A stretch of DNA of 64,000 nucleotides, taken from NCBI GenBank assembly GCA_963825865.1, contig CAWGVG010000062.1:96001-160000 (forward strand), read 5' to 3'. Source of the stretch: an uncultured Nitrososphaeraceae archaeon (GTDB taxonomy: Archaea > Thermoproteota > Nitrososphaeria > Nitrososphaerales > Nitrososphaeraceae). The notes beneath the pieces are model-generated. The model had not been told where the DNA came from and did not search any database. It saw nothing but the letters and a program-made list of their open reading frames with translations. Of the stretch, positions 60,249 through 64,000 are shown in pieces. A program made the translations under genes and the position numbers. Position 1 is the stretch's first letter. Every line of letters begins with the position of its first letter.

Positions 60249-60998
60249 ATGAGTAAAAAACAACAAAAACCACACTCAGAGATAAGACAAACCAATGCTC
60301 GACCACTGGAATATTATGGCCAAGGTATTCCTTATTTGCAGAATGCCGAAATCAAAGGCCGCCTAATCATTATAGAAGGACCTGATTCTTCAGGAAGAAG
60401 TACACAAGTTACAATGATAACTTCAAAACTGGAGGCAGATGGTCATGCTGTCTTGAACACCGGCCTCAGACGATCGGAACTTATAGGAGAGGGTATACTC
60501 GAGGCAAAAAGGAATTTTTGTACTGGAAAAAGGACATTGAGTTTATTTTATGCTCGCAGATTTTGCTGATCAGCTTGAAAATAAAATAATACCTGCTTTG
60601 CAGGCAGGCTATATTATACTTTCTGACAGATATATCTATACGCTATTGGCAAGAGACGCTGTCAGAAGGATAGGCAGAAGATGGTCCCATAATCTATTTG
60701 GTTTTGCCGTCAAGCCAGATCTAGTCTTTTATCTTGATGTAGATCCAACCGAGCTATAGACACAGGGTCTTGCAAAAGAAGTCATCATTAGATTATTACG
60801 AGTCCGGTGTAAGATTCTGGACTTTCAGAAGATATGTTAGAATCATTCTTGATATACCAACGAATGATTGCAAAGGAATTTCATAGAATGCAGAAACGAT
60901 ATGGTATTATGCCAATAAATGGAAATCGTCCTATTGCAGAAATCAACGCAGACTTGCAAAATAAAATCGATGCAATTTCTTCTGAGATGACGCACTAA
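60249..60998 (+). CDS. Thymidylate-kinase-fold protein 2 (degenerate P-loop), several indels; candidate non-catalytic partner subunit
   Basis: IEGPDSSGRSTQ (K to R), DFADQLE, LSDRYIYT and DYYESG. Confidence 0.82.
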
Positions 60999-61048
60999 CA
61001 ACAAAAAAGAAGCTTTAATCCTCCAAGCTCTAAAAGAGGGATAATAAA

Positions 61049-61408
61049 TCACACCCGGTTATCAGCTGGAAGTAGTTTGGCGGAGGTACTAGCCTGAAGT
61101 CCAGATAATACAGCACGAGCATCTTGTAGTGACAAGCTATAAATCGGTGGTCCTCTCTTCTGTTGGAGATTCTCCAGAAAGGCTCGAGTATTCGGTTCTA
61201 ATCCAGTATAAGGATATGTGCCTGGAGTAAATTGTGTGCCCAAACCATATGCTACTTGAGTATTGCTGTTAATCATAATGCTAGCCGCTAGAGTTATCAA
61301 AGATATAATAATTACGCCTCCAGACATAGATGTTGCAGACCATGGATTTGGGATTAGAGGAGTTACTTTGAAAGCTGAGTTTCTAACTTCAAGTATTTCG
61401 TCAGACAC
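61049..61408 (-). pseudogene. N-terminal fragment of a secreted lipase/esterase (alpha/beta hydrolase)
   Basis: LEPNTRAFLE...GPPIYSLSLQDARAVLSGLQ cap domain, then a stop. Confidence 0.5.
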
Positions 61409-61989
61409 AATCTAGTCACAGTTTTTGGATTGATTTATACCTAATTAGGTCAAATTCAAAACCACCATCAGCATATTCTTGTAGTTGTTCTTGCTGTTTA
61501 CATTGCTTAATTATTACACTTACAGTTCCAGCGCCTATTTGATTACCTTTGGCAATTTGATCTCTAGAAACTCCATTGAGCCATTGCTTAATGACCCGTC
61601 TTATTGTGCTCCCAATGATACTACGTATTAATTATATAACCCACACATAAAAATAGCGTGTATTGATCAATACTTGAATAATCAGATGAAAATATCAGAG
61701 TTGGCCGAATGAATGAATCGGTCTAGGCGAGCACAAAAGCTATCTGACGGCTATCTGACCAATAGGATTACAATAAATTCAAAACATGAAGCCAAGAAAC
61801 ATTATCTGTTAACAACCATTCTTTACATCCCACTTTAATATTCTGCTTCCTCAAATCGAAATATACATGATAATTTTTTATGGATAAAATGTTCTATGTG
61901 AAGCTTTTTATGACATAATCCTCGCGGATCAATCTGTCCAACCAATGGCGTCTACCCACCAAAGCCAATATTACTTGCAATTAGTGTAT

Positions 61990-62095
61990 TTCACTCAGGC
62001 TAGGATTCCTACAATAACATCCTCACTTCCAAAAGGAGTACGTTACATGGCAGCTGATTCTGGATATGACAACTACTAACTATATGATTTGTGCA
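61990..62095 (+). pseudogene. DDE transposase fragment
   Basis: TITSSLPKGVRYMAADSGYD motif followed by a stop. Confidence 0.4.
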
Positions 62096-62419
62096 TATGT
62101 ATATTGGTGTCTAGCTTTCACTTGCGATAAGTATTTCTTTTGCGGGGTCAAATTGTAAAGTGACAGCCACTCTGGGTTGATGGTAATCCGGATAGAGACT
62201 CTTCCAAATTCTTCCTCAAGGATGCCATCAACATTCTACCTTCATCTTCGACAACTAGATACTGTCTATATAATTTGGCATCATTAAAAAATTAGGGAAT
62301 AATCGGGGTGCAAGTTTATAGGGCACCAATTAAATGGCTATATAGTCTATATAGTGCGTATAGATTTATATGATCATATTTCACAATGTATATATTTACT
62401 CTAGGTCGCTATAGATTTA

Positions 62420-63509
62420 TTGAGTTCTGTCTCAGGCAGTGGTGAAGTACGTAAAATACAATTCACAGGTAGATCAACATACATCATATCCTTGCCGAAA
62501 AGATGGATGGAGGAAATGCATCTAAAGTCTGGAGATCCAGTCGATATTGTTCGTGAGGCGAACAATACCTTGTCTATAATGCATCATAACGAGAGGACCT
62601 CTAATTTAGTTAATGAAGCAACTGCAATAGTATTATATGATGATAGTGTTGATTCTCTCAAGCGTAAAATAATATCAGTATATCTCGCTGGTTATAATAT
62701 CATGCATTTAAAATCAAAAACTGGACGAATAAATCCTGCTCAGCGTGATGCAGTTAGAGAAGTTGTTCGCAGGAATTTGGTAGGAACAGAAATAATAGCT
62801 GATTCATCAGATGAAATTACTATTCAGGTGTTGCTCACTCTCCCAGAACTTTCAGTCAATACTGCAGTTCGAAGAATGTTTTTGATTGCATCTTCTATGC
62901 ATAAAGATGCCATGAGTTCATTAGCAGAACTAAACCACGAATTAGCAAAAGAAGTATTAAAATCAGACGACGAAGTAGATAGATTCAGTCTTTACATTTT
63001 AAGAAACCTTGTTATGGCAACACAGAATGAGAGATATACTTCGAGAAATAGGATTAAAGAGTCCAGCTGACTGTTTGAGTTATCGTGTTGCAGTAAAAAG
63101 CATAGAACGGATAGCAGACCATTCATATGGAATTGCTGATAAATGTTTAAAGATAAAAGAAAAAATACCAAAAGATGTCTACCAGAAAATAGAAAAAATG
63201 AGTATTCTATCGTTGGGCGCCCTTAGTGATTCGGTAGAAGCATTCTTACGAAGAGATTATGTTATGGCAGATAGCGTTGTAAATAAAGCAAAAAGTATAC
63301 GTTCATTAGAAAATGATATAATCGCATTTATAAACAAAGAAGAAGATAAGACCATTCGCATTGAACCCGTTAACACGGATATCAGGCTGATTTTGGAGGA
63401 TATACGAAGAACAGCCGAACATGCAAGCGACATTGCAGAAGCGGCAATGAATCAGACGATAGGAGAAGTTATTACAGTGGAGAAGCGACATATTAGTTAT
63501 GCCTTATAA
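62420..63509 (+). CDS. AbrB-PhoU phosphate uptake regulator, frameshift near 63030
   Basis: RKIQFTGRSTYIISLPKRW AbrB-type domain followed by two PhoU repeats (DDEVDR, IERIADH, RRTAEHASDIAE). Confidence 0.9.
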
Positions 63510-63530
63510 ATTTATGCAATGGCTGCTAAG

Positions 63531-63812
63531 CTAACTATTAGTGTAGTTTGATTTTGAAAATTTCATCTCCAACCCACCTTTGAGTCCTAGTGACAATTCA
63601 TAGATTTCATTTACTGTCAGAGGGATGAGAGAAATATTTCTGTCGAAACATACCGGACATACATCTAAATCTCTGGTGCCCTTTTGCGCTTTTGATTTGA
63701 AAATGCTTGCACTCCAAAAACATGATTCGCATAGTGCAAATTGATGGCCAGTACGATTGTTTAAATTTGAATCTTGAACAAGCGAGTTATTAATCGAACA
63801 CATTATTGTCAT
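63531..63812 (-). CDS. Small Cys-rich zinc-ribbon protein (CExCFW...CPxC family), paralogue of 56799-57050
   Basis: QFALCESCFWSASIFK...CPVC...NISLIP. Confidence 0.72.
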   Translation of the reverse strand: MTIMCSINNSLVQDSNLNNRTGHQFALCESCFWSASIFKSKAQKGTRDLDVCPVCFDRNISLIPLTVNEIYELSLGLKGGLEMKFSKSNYTNS

Positions 63813-64000
63813 TTTATTTTAAAATTTTTTTTATAAAGCCATTACCCAATGTAAATCTATAGAGTATAAGGGACTATATCCAACTCATAGTTGTTGTTAT
63901 TTTAAATTCAATACCTTTCGTTTTTAGGTTTTCGTAGAGTTAATAATTGTTGAAAAACAATTTATCTTGAAAGACGGATTCAGGATCCGAAACTAACAAT

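Larger units (their letters stand above)
41973..62354. promoter_or_regulatory. Recurring CTATATAG palindrome upstream of phosphate genes (candidate operator)
   Basis: Exact copies at 41973, 44016, 47616, 56771, 58165, 62338 and 62347, all intergenic; variants near 44748, 44776, 60054 and 60144. Confidence 0.55.

Noticed and set aside
815-63491. Numerous antisense ORFs in the track (e.g. 1639-1929, 11561-11932, 23369-24490, 33798-34235, 43143-43514)
   Set aside because: They are shadows of well-supported genes on the opposite strand and carry no motifs of their own.

Overview
AT-rich archaeal sequence that looks like a soil ammonia-oxidising thaumarchaeon (Nitrososphaeraceae-like), judged from gene content and family-specific proteins. 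Many otherwise intact genes are split by single-base indels, most likely long-read assembly errors. 1-13 kb is core housekeeping (pyrD, an isocitrate/isopropylmalate dehydrogenase, radA-rpl21e-rpoF-DUF655-ksgA, sirC-hemA-hemB). 14-38 kb is an accessory zone with IS5, IS630 and IS6 elements, surface proteins, an integrase remnant and a regular TTATCAC heptamer array that abuts a ribbon-helix-helix (RHH) gene. 39-64 kb is a phosphate/polyphosphate/arsenic island: pstS, pstCAB-phoU, two SixA, Ppx, CHAD, ppa, an AbrB-PhoU regulator, arsM-arsC-aquaporin and two thymidylate-kinase-fold paralogues that are candidate polyphosphate kinase subunits, with a CYTH gene just upstream. A recurring CTATATAG palindrome sits upstream of the phosphate genes and may be an archaeal Pho box. 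No rRNA, tRNA or CRISPR array was recognised.
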